Source of the DNA: Selaginella moellendorffii
Lineage: Eukaryota > Plantae > Lycopodiophyta
Assembly (NCBI RefSeq): GCF_000143415.4
Contig: NW_003314285.1
Span: 1,143,370 to 1,207,369 of the forward strand
Reading direction: 5' to 3'
DNA: 64,000 nt
Part shown: in pieces, positions 12,888 to 25,519 of the stretch
Numbering within the stretch: the first letter of the stretch is position 1
Layout of the letters: the number at the start of each line of letters is the position of its first letter
Position numbers and translations under genes: made by a program
The notes under the pieces: model-generated
The model's input: only the letters and a program-made list of their open reading frames with translations
Database searches by the model: none
Told to the model about the DNA's origin: nothing

Positions 12888-14018
12888 GTTGCAAATGTGA
12901 CTTCGGGTATTGAAAGTTACTTGTCGACTAATTCTTTCGGATATTCTTTCTTTACTACCACAATGGCAGGAGATCGGTATTGCTGGACTTGTTATCAGAT
13001 CCCACTTGAATTAGTTGAGAAACTAGTTAATGAATATGCACTTAAATTGGATAAACATAAGGTAGGAACTCTATGTGTTTCTTGCTGAGCATACTTGGCC
13101 TGGTTTGAGAAATTTGTGTCATTGGCTTGCACTTGCTAGTATCAAGAACCCCTGCGATATTGAGCCTGGTCCCTCAATATTACTAGATGATAGTTTACCG
13201 TGTTTGCCAAACACCCTCGCTATCATACCCTTTGTGTTATGGTCCTAAATGCTATTTATGGAAAGTGTCTAGATTTGCTCATTTGGCATATTTATGGAAT
13301 ATAGAGATTGTTGTAAACACAATGGTGTTTGTTCTGTATCGAAATTCACAATCTAGGGACATTCCATATTTAGTAAGTTTTGAGCTTATTCCAGAGACTA
13401 ACTCCTGATACTAAGGGAAGCTTGGGGTGAAAGCCCAAAGTGTGTGTTCCTTAGGGGGGGGGTTTATGAGGGGGTTCCAAATGTATAGTAGGGATAGTGG
13501 GTAAGTCAGATATGGCCGACCAACTTAAGGCATAGTCTAGCTCTCGCTACATGTCTGTCCTTGTTTTGCAACTGGCTTGGGTCTAAGCCCAAGTTGCATT
13601 CCATGCTAGTTGGTGGAGTATCTATATCTTTGCGTTAGGCCATCGGTATGCTGAAATAGTGCCAAACTATGTTTGTTTTCGTTTTGCGTGTTAGTCTTAG
13701 CATTGGGATCTTGGTTGCTCTAGGACTGATCCAAGTTGCTCCGTGCTCTTATCCCTTTGCTCTTTGGGGTATATGCTTGGGAGTCATTTTGTGCTCTAGT
13801 GCCAATGCTCCTTGGCTCTATACTTGGGAGTTTAACACCGTTCCGTCATTCAATGGGCCAAGGCCCTGAAACTTGGGTTCTGCACCACTGTCCATTGGAC
13901 ACATGGCATATGTCATGTGGTAAGTGACACATGGCACATGGAGGGTTTAGGTTCTGCTTTCGTGGTTATCCTATGGTAAATTACCATAGGATAAAGGGTA
14001 AAAACCATATGTACTATA
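12888..14018 (+). repeat. LARD-B 3' LTR (~1.13 kb)
   Basis: Starts with TG immediately after the PPT. Its last ~300 bp align to window positions 1-277. Confidence 0.75.
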
Positions 14019-14020
14019 GT

Positions 14021-15866
14021 TGTGAGTGCATGGAATATGAAAAGGGAATACAGAAATATACATATCAATTAGTCCAAAAATCTTAGATTATATACAAAAG
14101 CGAGTGGTCCAGATTGGAATCAATCTGATGGCTATCAAAATCCCATTATGCTAATATTAGTATACAGTATTGTAGTTATACACTTGGACCTTACATCATC
14201 CCCTTCTCTTGAAATGATGGAAGGCCATTAAAGTTCTCTAATGGATAGGCCAGGATCTAGTGGAACATTAGGAGGACGTATTGGTGGATTTGTAAGTGGT
14301 GCCAGTTGTTCTTAATCCCTTTGTATGAAGCATTTCAGCTGCTGCATATGCATAATTTTTGGAGGATCAGCCTATTGGATGTCATGCCAAACCTTATAAA
14401 TTTGTAGTCCAATTTGCCACAACACTTGATACAATCTTTTCCACTAAGCAAGGAGCCCCTTAGATAAAACACGTATCATAAGATGGGAAAATGGATTAAC
14501 ACCAATTCATCCACTTTATACTTCGCAAATGGACAGTGATGGGAGTTATACCACTGTTGTTGTCCCACTTGTACGTGGCTCAGGTGTTCGGTAGACTCTA
14601 TTCAGACAAGTGGAAAAATACTTATTAAATATTGATCCCATAACCTACTATCAGCAGTCTGCGGAAATTGCAAAGGTAAACCCAACTCTATTGGAAGTAT
14701 TGGATCACCATATAAAAGTTTATATGATGAAGCACCAACAGAAATTTATACCTTTACGTATACCAGAGAGATGGTAAATAACCATCTTAATCTGAATGCT
14801 GAAAGTTCATGTACCTTATGATCATCCATTTGAAAGTTTGAACGAGCCGTTTCACCAAACCGTCTAACTATAGATGATAAACACTTATGAAAGTGTGGCA
14901 TATCCCCAATTGATACATCAAAACATGAAATGCCTCAACCATAAATGCGGGACCATTATCCGAAAGAATCTGCTTCAGACAGGAATGTTGGAACACCACT
15001 CGATTGAAGAGGAAGTATTCAACAACAATTGCAGATGCGTTAGTAAGAGCATTGATTGCTAACCAATGAGTTAAAGTAGTCAGAAGCAATAATGATATAC
15101 TCATTGCCACCAGTCGATCGTGGAAAAGGTCCCATCAAATTAAATGCCACCAACTCAAATAGACGGGAAACTACAATTGACTCCAACCGTCCTTTTGCAG
15201 CACGAGGGGGAGTATTATGAGCTTGGCACCAAATGCAACTACGCACCAAATAACATTACATCGCCAATAAAAAAATCTGTGTAGATTTTTTGTCACATGA
15301 TGATGTCCTATATGCCCACCTAAAATAAGAGAATCATGGTAGACATGGAGGAAGCATGGAATAAAAATCAAAAGCACCACCAGCCGTAAATGATCATCAG
15401 GATCCATCCCCACAAAATAAAGAAGACTGTACTTAAGGTGATATAAAGAATGTAAATGCTGAAATAACAAATCCTTAGCAAGTGATGTAGGATTCTTAAA
15501 CCCATTACAAAGCCTTTGAATCTATGGCTCAATCTTTTGAGCCTCGTGAACCTCATCAAGAGAAGGTAAATCTTGCTCTACAGCTTGTGGACACTAAACA
15601 TCAGGTATAGCAACCGTCAATGACATGGAATCCTTGTCTAAAAAACCTACAAATGCTGGAACAATGGGCTCATTAGAAATATAAGAAAATGTGAAGAAGG
15701 AAAGGGAACTCGAGAAAGGGCATCGGTATCAACTATAGAACTCCCTAGGCAATAAACAACATCAAAATTATATATGTGAAGTTTCAAAGCCCACTGAGCA
15801 GTACGACCAACCAAGTATTTCTACTTCAATAATGAAGTAATTGCAGCATAATCACCTTCTAGTAAT
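14021..15866 (-). mobile_element. Old non-chromovirus gypsy remnant: 3' LTR (14021-~14195), PPT, decayed integrase and RNase H end
   Basis: PPT AAGAGAAGGGGATGA on the minus strand next to the LTR. ORF fragments CIWCQAHN, LMGPFPRSTGGNEYIIIASDYF and ILSDNGPAF are integrase motifs. The LTR is similar to 44112-44283. Confidence 0.75.
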
Positions 15867-16431
15867 TGTAAGGAACCAACTCCCCGAGGTGTCAAAGGCT
15901 ATAGGATCCCCGAGAGCACGACCAAAATGATTAAGAGTTCATCGGATGAGACCGCATCTGAGATCGAGTCCAAGACCGACTCTAAGATCGAGTTCGAGAT
16001 CGAGTCCGAGACCGACTCTGAGACCGAGTTCAAGACTGAGTCCGAGACTGACTCTGAGACCTAGTTCAAGACCAAGTCCGAGACCGAGTTTGAGACTGAG
16101 TCCGAGATCTGAGATTGNNNNNNNNNNNNNNNNNNNNNNNNNNNNNNNNNNNNNNNNNNNNNNNNNNNNNNNNNNNNNNNNNNNNNNNNNNNNNNNNNNN
16201 NNNNNNNNNNNNNNNNNCTCCGGAAAGGGAAATCGATTGCGTGGTTCCCGGCTCATGTGGAGTGGTGCCCCAGCTGAGTACCTTGTGGCTCATTGGTCTT
16301 TGCCCTTCCTAGGGGCTTGGGCTTTCCCTTCGGGATGGAAGTGGGGGAGTAGGGGTACCTATACTGGGCCATTAGGCCATGGTGTTTCCCCCTGGCATCC
16401 CGAAGTAAATATTGCACCCAAGGCTTGGGAT

Positions 16432-17024
16432 TGTAAGCTCCTGAGTTTGGACTTCCCGGGAGGTCACCCATCCCAGTACTATTCAAACCCAAGGACGCTT
16501 AACTCTAACTATCCCAAGACCCTTAACCGATTAGAAAAGGGGGTGCACTCTTGTTCATGGGCCCTTTCCCTCTATATTTGAACCCCATGGACCGTCTCTC
16601 GAGTCGTTCCCTTTGGTTGCTTACAATCCACCATGCTTCCCTGCAAGTTCACGCCCTCGTGAACGGAAGCTGAGAGCCGCAGCTCTCCCGAGAGCCCCGC
16701 TCTCTTGACACCCTACCCCTTGGGTCGAGCCCAGCGGGAGCAAACTGGACCATCCAGATGTCAATCAACATGTGGTGCGATTCCCCTAGCCAACCAACAG
16801 AGTCAGACCCGAGACCTCTCTGATACCAAATGTAAGCTCCTGAGTTTGGATTTCCCGGGAGGTCACCCATCCTAGTACTATTCAAACCCAAGGACGCTTA
16901 ACTCTAACTATCCCAAGACCCTTAACCGATTAGAAAAGGGGGTGCACTCTTGTTCATGGGCCCTTTCCCTCTATATTTGAACCCCATGGACCGTCTCTCG
17001 AGTCGTTCCCTTTGGTTGCTTACA
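16432..17024 (-). mobile_element. Cassandra TRIM (5S rRNA-derived LTRs), inserted in Gypsy-A 5' LTR
   Basis: 194-bp LTRs at 16432-16625 and 16831-17024. The minus strand contains AGTTAAGCGTCCTTGGG...AGTACTGGGATGGGTGACCTCCCGGGAAGTCC (5S A/C-box region). PBS TGGTATCAGAG on minus at ~16818-16828. TSD GGGAT. Confidence 0.95.
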
Positions 17025-17399
17025 GGGATTTAAGGGGTCCCATGATCAAGTTTTATTATACCAAGGGATGTTAGGAACTTGGAGGCTTGGTGTGCTTAGT
17101 TGCTTGTGCCTGCAGGGAGTGTAGCCGAACCTTAAGTCCAGTCTAATCTGAGGAGGGGGATTGGGAGAGATTTAGGAATCTGTGGATAGATGACTAACGC
17201 TCCATTGCTTGTGCAGTAAGTAGCTGAAGCCAAGTAGGACCAAGTAGGAGCTGGTACAATAGGTGGGAACCTTGACAAAGGAACTTAGCTAAGGCCAAAG
17301 CAGTGTTGGTCGAATAGACAAGGTAAGCTGACAAATTGATGGGAGCCTTTTCCTTAGTTCTAGTGAAGGATAGAGGCGGATTGCTGGGAGATGGCAAAG

Positions 17400-20300
17400 G
17401 CAGGGCATAAATGAACAAAGGTGGAGACGGAACCTCCTCCAAAGCTAGAGTCTCCAGTCGAACAAGAGGCTATGGATGAGGAATTTTTGCATGAGGAGGA
17501 CTCCAATGAAGAAACTTCCAAACAAGAGTTTGGTGGTGAGGTTCGGTAGTCCAAGGCTTGATTGGATGTTCTAAAAGGACAATTGGCTCAAACCAATGCC
17601 CTGCTAGAGACTCTCGTATGCAAGCTAAAGCGTAATGAGAAGAGGAAGAAAAAGTGAAAGACTGTAGATGCTGGCAACATAGAAGGCATGAACCCTTTGG
17701 CGGGGACTGAGGCGGAACCGAACAAAGGTTGAACAAACCGAAGTGAAATCAGTCCCTTAAGCAGTTCTTAAATACAAACCAAAACCCCCACTGGTCTTCA
17801 AGGAAGTGAATGACTATAAGGTGGTGGAGGATTGGTTTTACGATATAGAGGATTATTTCCAAGCGTTGTGGTTATCAAGCTCGGAGAAGGTCCCATATGC
17901 AAAACCAAACTTGGCAGATAATGCCAAATCTTGGTGGAGAATAATAGAGGCCACTGAAAGACCGGTGGCCACTTGAGAAATGATGAAGGCGAGGATCCAT
18001 GCGACTTATGTTCCTCCAAATGCTACTCTACACCTAAAGGATGAGCTGAGTAGGCTGAAGCAGACCGGAATCATTCAAGAGTATGTGAATGGGTTTATGG
18101 TAAAGAGGATACTTGTCACGGATATGGGTGATATGGATGCATTTCATGCCTTCATATTAGGCTTGCAAACCTAGGCTCGTGGCGAGGTGATGCGTTGGAA
18201 CCCGACCAACTACAAGGAAGTGTTGGATGCAGCTATCAAGGTGCATTTCAATGATAAGCTACAAAAGGGAACACGACGTGGTTGGGGTCTATGTTTAGCA
18301 AAAGGGCCAAACCAAGGGAGACATATAGCAAAGGGAAATTCAAGAAGAGTTTCCCTAAGAATGAGTCCTTAGGGTTCCAGAAAGGCAAATCTAGTGGTCA
18401 GTGAGCAAGTACATGGGGATGTCAAGCAAAAAGAAACAAACCCACAAATAAAAAGGTCAAGTTTGCTAGTAACGTGGGAAACAATATATACTTCAATTGC
18501 GGTGAAGCGGGACACTTTTTGAGGGAATGTCCATACTCAAAGAAGGCTAGAGCCAATATAGCCATTAAGTTGGGTGAAATCCAAATTAAAGTATATGATT
18601 CAGTCCCTAGCTCAAAGTTACTCGTTACACAAACAACTTTGGTAGAGAGTCGTTTGCGATATCTACTAGCCCTTTAAGGGAAGCTCAGAGGTAGCTTTGT
18701 TAAGATCTTTATTAACACGGGTGCTTTGGATAATTTTGTGGTTGCAAACATAGTTCGGCAAGCTGGACTAACGGTGTAGTGGTTATGTGAACTAAGGACT
18801 ATAGAGTTTGTTCAAGGCAGCCAAAGCACCGATGAGGTACTTTGACAAGCAAGTATCGAAGTTGGGACATGGAAATTAGATATGGATTTCATTGTGTTGG
18901 ACATGGTGGGATTTGACGTAATCTTCAGGATGGATTGGTTTAATTGGTTTGTGGTACTCTTGCATGGATAAGGTCGGAACTTTGTGGTACTAGCAAACTT
19001 GAACCTGGTGTTCACGAGAGGACAACTCATTAAAAGAACCAAGACAACTTTTATGTGCTTACTCTTGGTGAGGAGTGATAAAAAAATGAGAACAAAAGAA
19101 GTGCCTTTAGTGATTCAGTAGGTGTTGGACCAATTCCAAGATACTATGCCAGAGGAGCTACCAGTGGGGTTACCCCCCGAATGACCGATAGAACACAAGA
19201 TTGAGTTGGTCGAGGGTGCTAAGGCAGTGGTTCGTCCCCCTTATCGTTTGAACAAAAAGGAACTCGAGGAGTTAAAACGCCAACTTGAGGAGTTGGTGAA
19301 AAAAGTGTATATTAAGTTGAGCAAGTCACTGTATGGTGCACCGGTGTTATTTGGGAAAAAGAAAGATGGATCTATGCACATGTGCATAGACTACCGGTTG
19401 CTCAACAAGTATACAAAGAAGAATAAGTACCCTTTACCAAGGATTGAGAACTTGTTCAATATGTTAGGAAAGGCAAAATACTTCTCGAGGATCGACCTAA
19501 TGTCAGGATATTACCAGATCAAAGTAACAAAGGAAGATGTCAAGAAGACAACTTGTCAGACAAAGTATGGAAGCTTTGAGTTTCTAGTGATGCCCTTTGG
19601 GTTGTGCAATGCACCAGCAACATTCTCAGTGTTGATGAACCACATTTTTGTACTCTATTAAGATCATTTTGTGGTTTTATACATTGACGAAGATAACACT
19701 TTATCAAAGGGTGATTCACCACGTCAAAGACTCAATGAAATCCAAATGTGACTTTGCTCAATAAGAGGTAAAGTTTGTCAGGCATGTGGTGGGCAAGGAC
19801 GGGCTCAAGATGAACCCTAAGAAGGTCCAAGTTATCCAAGAATGGGAACGACCATCGAATATATATGAGTTAAGGGCATTCTTGGGGCTATGCAACTACT
19901 ACCAAAAGTTTATCAAACACTATTCGAGAGTAGCCTTGCTTTTAATGGACCAAACATGAAAAAGAAAGATGGTATGGACAGTGGAATGCGAAGTGGTATT
20001 TGTTCATATCAATGGGAAGTTGAGGAAGGCTCTCGTGTTGGTGTTACCAAACTTTGGTAAGGACTTTGAGGTAGAAATGGGTGCTTCAGACTTTGTGTTG
20101 GGTGTAATTTTGAAACAAGACAACCATCTAATAGCGTTCTTTTCAAAGAAGTTGGACAAGGCTTAGCGAAAGTGGCCAGCCCATGAGAAGGAATTGTTTG
20201 CGGTGGTCAAAATACTCATGGAGTGGTGACACTACCTTGGGAGACACTTCAAAGTTTACACGGATAATGTGGCAATGAAACACTTCTTGTCACAGCCCAA

Positions 20301-21651
20301 CTTGAGAGGAAAATAGGGTCGGTGGGCCAATGCTTTGGCCTAGTTTGATTGTAAAATTCTGTATAAACCTGGGAAGAGCAACATTGTGGCGAATGCTCTA
20401 AGTTGAAAAGCGAGCTTGAAGTTGGCAATATCCAGCACAACAGTAACCTTTTGGGATGATGTGTGGACAGCATATGAGAATGATGGTCTAGCATAAGAAG
20501 TGTTGTTGAAGAACCAAGAGGCACGGGCAACTCACCACAAAGGTGAGTTGCCAACAGAAGAGAAAATAAGTTATGCAGAACGCAATAGACTTATATATTA
20601 TAAACAAATGAGGGTGTATATTCCAAAAAGGGAACTAAGGAAGGTAGCCTTAGAAGAGTGTCACGACGACCTCTTGCGGGACATGGTGGAGTGCCTAAGA
20701 CGATGGGCTTACTCAAAAGGAAATATCACTAGCCAAATATGGCTAAGGATGTTCAAGACTATGTAAAGACATATCTAACATGTCAACAGGTCAAAGCCGT
20801 AACTAAAGCTAGTAGGGGTTTATTACAAAACATCCCAATTCCAGATCGTCTATGGAAATGTCTTATGATGGACTTTATCATGGAACCCCTCCCAAGTGAG
20901 GGGTTTGATGTGATATTTGTGGTGGTGGACCAATTTTTTAAGATGGCACATTTCATACCTACCACAATGGAGGTGGATGCGGAAGGTGTGGCGAAATTGT
21001 TCTTTGAACAAGTGGTTCAAGTGTGGGGAAGGCCAGAAAAAATTATCTCAGATCGAGATAAAATCTTCACCAATAGGTTCTGGAGAACTCTTCTGGAACA
21101 GTATTGCACCAAGTTGAAATTCAGCATAGCCTATCACCCACAAATAGGTATTGGGTATTAGGTCAAGTTTGTTGGCACGAACACTTCTTGACAGACAGAC
21201 AAACAGAAAGGGTGAATAGGCAGCTAAAGGATTATTTGCGATGCTATGTCTCCAGAAACTAGACTAATTGGGTAAGTCATTTAAGACTTGTGGAAATGTG
21301 TTATAACAACTCACCACACTTGAGTATTGGGGTGAGTCCATGGGAAGTCATCAATGGGCGAGTTATTGAAGGTCTTGTGGAACTTGGTGTGACTGAGTAT
21401 CATGGAGAGTTATCCACAGTGGAGGTATTCATGGCAGAAAGACTCAACATTTGGAATCTAGTGAGGGATTCCTTGGAATGGGCTCAACAAAGGCAAACCA
21501 AGTACGCGAACCAAAAGGTTCCAACCTAGGGAGAATGTGTGGTTGAACACCAAGAACCTAATGCTACCAAGTGGGATCAGCTGGAAGCTGAACCAAAGAT
21601 AAAAATGCATATATTCCTAGAAATGAATTGATCTTGAGTTTTTTAACTAGG
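17400..21651 (+). pseudogene. Gypsy-A gag-pol, left part (multiple stops/frameshifts; intron-like inserts in integrase)
   Basis: RT motifs [29 protein letters not shown] and [12 protein letters not shown]. RNase H HEKELFAVV. Integrase MDFI, VVVDQFFKMAHFIP, ISDRD. Confidence 0.85.
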
Positions 21652-24600
21652 TGTAAGCGACTAAATTTTCCATTCTACTTTAGTCACTTATCCACACCTC
21701 CGACCACTTGGAGGAGTCTCATTCACAACCTCCATAAGTCCAATTCAGGACTTGGGACTTGCTAGCCCCAAGAATGGCATCCATGCCACTCAACATTTGC
21801 ACTTGTTCCAAGTGCTCCACGTGTCTGATCCCATGACCGACACTCAAAGGTACCACCGACATGGCAGCCTGTTACGCTAAGGCCATGCCCAATCACTTTT
21901 GCCACACTGATAGTCCATTACCACTTGCATCACAGTCTTGGCTCTCCAAGACTAGGCAAACCATCTGTGAGTGGTCATCTCAGATCCACTCCTTAGCATC
22001 CTTAGGATGCCTACCGACAAGGGGAATAGCCTTCCCCAATATCCCTTTGTTAGTCCCCACTAAGTCCCTTTTTGCCTCTGGCCGTGTTTGCCAACACTGC
22101 CACTGGATCGAGGCCCACAGGCCCGACCACTAAGTCCCACGGTCCTCTGGGATTTCCTCACCACACGACTGTGTCCTTGGTCACTACCCCAGAGGACTGC
22201 TCCTCTTCCTTTCCACAGTTTGGGCCTTTGGGACAACATTTCGGAACACCGTGGCCTTACGTGAGCCACCTGGGTACTCTCCCCGCCTTCCGCCCTTGGG
22301 TGCTCTAGCCATGGGCTTAGAGCGAGGTTCCATTGAGCCACACCTAGTATCCAAGTAGGTAGTGCCACCCACACTTGGACTGGGAGCATCGGCCAGTCGA
22401 TCTCCCGGGGGAACTAGAGCTGGCTCTTGAACACTTCACCAAGCTACCCCACTTGTCGGTCCGTATTCACTCTAGTCTTGGACTTCATAGTGGTCAATTC
22501 ATCACCCAACACTGGGTCTGGCCTTCCTGGGCCAAACTGGCCTTTCCTGGCCAAACTGGCTCCACTGGGCTCCAACGCCCACACTCTCCCTACTATACTT
22601 TTGGAACCCCCCGCAGCCCCCCCCCCCCCCCACCCCTGGGGGACGATCGCTTTGGGCTTTCACCCAACTGCCTATTAGTATTCGGACTCAGACTCGGACC
22701 CGAACTCGGTCTTGGTCCCGGATTCAGACTCGGACTCGGTCTCGGTCGCGGTCTCGGTCTCGGTCTCGGTCCCGGTCTCGGTTCCATCTCGGACTCCATC
22801 TCGGACTCCATCTCGGGTTCATCTCGGACTCCACCTCGGACTCCATCTCGGGTCCATCTCGGACTCCACCTCGGGTCCATCTCGGACTCCCTCTCGGGTC
22901 CATCTCAGACTCCATCTCGGACTCCATCTCGGACTCCATCTTGGGTCCATCTCGGACTCCACCTCGGATCCATCTCAGACTCCATCTCGGACTCCATCTC
23001 GGGTCCATCTCGGACTCCATCTTGGGTCCATCTCAGACTCCATCTCGGGTCCATCTCGGACTCCATCTCGGGTCCATCTCGGACTCCATCTCAGGTCCAT
23101 CTCGGACACTTCCACGTGTCATGTGTTGGTCCTTTCGGGTCCCTTTTTAGAGCCTCGCTTATGGCTTGCTTTGTGCTCATTCCTCAAGCACTTTGTTGGG
23201 AGTTCCACTCCCGCTCTCGACCTTTCAAGTCGAAGCTTTTAGTCCAAACGTGTTACGCTCGTTTGGCTTTTGCTTCGGCCACTACCACGTGGCACCCTTC
23301 TGGCTCCACTTTGGGGCCTAGGGATTTTGTGTCTCACAACTCCACCACCCATAGACGAAGTTTGATATCCTCATCGAACGGTAAACCATTTTATAAAGTA
23401 ACACTTGCATGTGTTACCATTTCCATCCTTGGCACCTAGCCAATATTTGTCAATGGTTTGACATTGAAGGCTCACCATGCCTTCTTCATATTCGTCAATG
23501 ATTTGACATTGAAGGCTCACCATGCCTTCTCCATATTCGTCAATGGTTTTACATTGAAGGCTCACTGTCAAGACCCCCAACAAGATCAAGACTGGAAAAT
23601 GCAAAAGATAAAGAGAAAAGCTAGTGGAAACAAAGAAAAGGCCTTAGACTGGTGTTGATTCAGATTGTGGAGAAATGGAACAAGGCTAACCTATATATAC
23701 TATAAGTTGATGAAGCTCCACCACTCTTAGATCGAGGACGGCCTAAATATAGCTGAGGTCGAGGAGGCGGCACATCATCATCAGGAATCTGGCTCGAGAC
23801 TCAAGAATCGTACAGGAAATCAGAGAGTCAGGAATAGGGAAGTGTCTCGAGAGTCAGGAATGTGGTCTGCAAGTCAGGAATCCGGTGAGAGTCAGGAATG
23901 TGGCAAGAATTGGGGGATTCCTGACAGTACCCCCTCCTCAAGAACGAGTGGAATGAGGACGTGATCGTGAATGAAGAGGAGGATGAGATGAGCGGCGAGG
24001 GATGGGAGATGGAGAAAAAGAATGGGGACTGGGACGAGAAGGATAGCGGCGGTGGAAGTCCTGAACAAGGTCAGGAGAATGAACCAGGTTGTCCGCAGGT
24101 TCCCAAGTGTGTTCCTCAGGTCTATAACCCTTCCAATCGACCAGATAGTAGAGTTTAGACCGTGAAATCTTGGAATCAAGGATGTCCTGAACCTCGTACT
24201 CAGACCCATCCTCGAGCTGCACTGGTGGAGGCAGAGGAATGACCCGATTTGGAATAGGACTGGGAATATAAGGAGAGAGGAGAGAGGAGTGAAAAATGGG
24301 GTAAATTTGATATGAGGAAGGAAGTGCAAGGCGATAAGTGACAGGATTAATGATGGCAGTGATAGGGAATGGACCAAGTCATTTGAAATTGAGTTTTGGA
24401 CAGAGCCTAGTGGTGGAGATATTTTTCCTGAGGAGCCAGACTTTATCCCCGATATTGTAAGGGGGACAATCCTGACGATGGATATTGGCAAATGTTTTGT
24501 GAGATTCCTGAGCACGATAGAGATGGAAGGAGATGGAGTTGTGGATTTCCTGGAGGTTGGAGACAAATGCCTCAGAGCGGGGATTTGAACAAGAGGAGTC

Positions 24601-24926
24601 GGATGGAGAAGGAAGTGAGAGATTGAATCGAGGATTTCGACCAGAGTTCGCAAAGAAGGGGGAAACTCGAAGAGAGGAGTGAATAGAGTTGTTATAGGAG
24701 AACTCAGTAAGGGGAAGGATATCGAACCAGTTATCCTGATGATTGTTGATGAAGCACCTCAAGAATTGTTCTAATGTCTGAATCGTTCGCTCGGACTGTC
24801 CATCAGTTTGAGGATGATATGCTGAGGAGAGGTTGGCCTTCACTCCTAGCAATTGCAAAAACCGTTGCCAGAAATGAGACATGAACTGAGATCCCCGATC
24901 CGAAACCACATCTGCAGGAATCCCAT

Positions 24927-25519
24927 TGTAAGCTCCTAAGTTTGGACTTCCCGGGAGGTCACTCAGCCCAGTACTATTCAAACCCAAGGACGCTTAACCC
25001 TAAATATCCCAAGACCCTTAACCGATTGAAAAAGGGGGTGCACTCTTGTTCATGGGCCCTTTCCCTCTATATTTGAACCCCATGGATCGTCTCTCAAGTC
25101 GTTCCCTTTTGTTGCTTACAATCCACCACGCTTTCCTGCAAGTTCACGCCCTCGTGAACGGAAGCTGAGAGCCGCAGCTCTCCCGAGAGCCCTACTCTCT
25201 TGACACCCTACCCTTCAGGTCAAGCCCAGTGGGAGCAAACTGGACCAGCCAGATGTCAATCAACATGTGGTGTGATTCCCTTAGCCAACCAACAGAGTCG
25301 GACCCGAGACCACTCCGATACCAAATGTAAGCTCATGAGTTTGGACTTCCCGGGAGGTCACCCAGCCCAGTACTATTCAAACCCAAGGACGCTTAACCCC
25401 AAATATCCCAAGACCCTTAACCGATTGGAAAAGGGGGTGCACTCTTGTTCATGGGCCCTTTCTCTCTATATTTGAACCCCATGGATCGTCTCTCAAGTCG
25501 TTCCCTTTGGTTGCTTACA
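24927..25519 (-). mobile_element. Cassandra TRIM inserted in Tcn1-like integrase
   Basis: 194-bp LTRs at 24927-25120 and 25326-25519 with the 5S-like core. PBS TGGTATCGGAG on minus. TSD CCCAT. Confidence 0.95.

Larger units (their letters stand above)
1..14018 (+). mobile_element. LARD-B: decayed/non-coding LTR element (probably gypsy-derived), 5' LTR cut by window edge, interrupted by LARD-A at 3770-11142
   Basis: 1-~277 matches 13719-14018 (LTR 3' end). Degenerate Met-tRNA PBS TGGTATTAGAG at 280-290. PPT AAGGAGGGGGAGAG at 12874-12887, then TGTTG at 12888. No long ORFs internally. Confidence 0.75.

Noticed and set aside
16445-16505. 5S rRNA gene
   Set aside because: Only the internal-promoter half is present, embedded in TG..CA LTRs with a PBS and TSD. 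It is Cassandra, not rDNA.
17094-17292. Self-priming PBS for Gypsy-A (GCTTAGTTGCTT vs AAGGAACTTAGC)
   Set aside because: Complementarity is imperfect and the LTR 3' end cannot be fixed because the 3' LTR is truncated.
23441-23565. CRISPR-like array (45-bp repeats; also 9140-9225)
   Set aside because: These are head-to-tail repeats with no unique spacers, in eukaryotic TE context.
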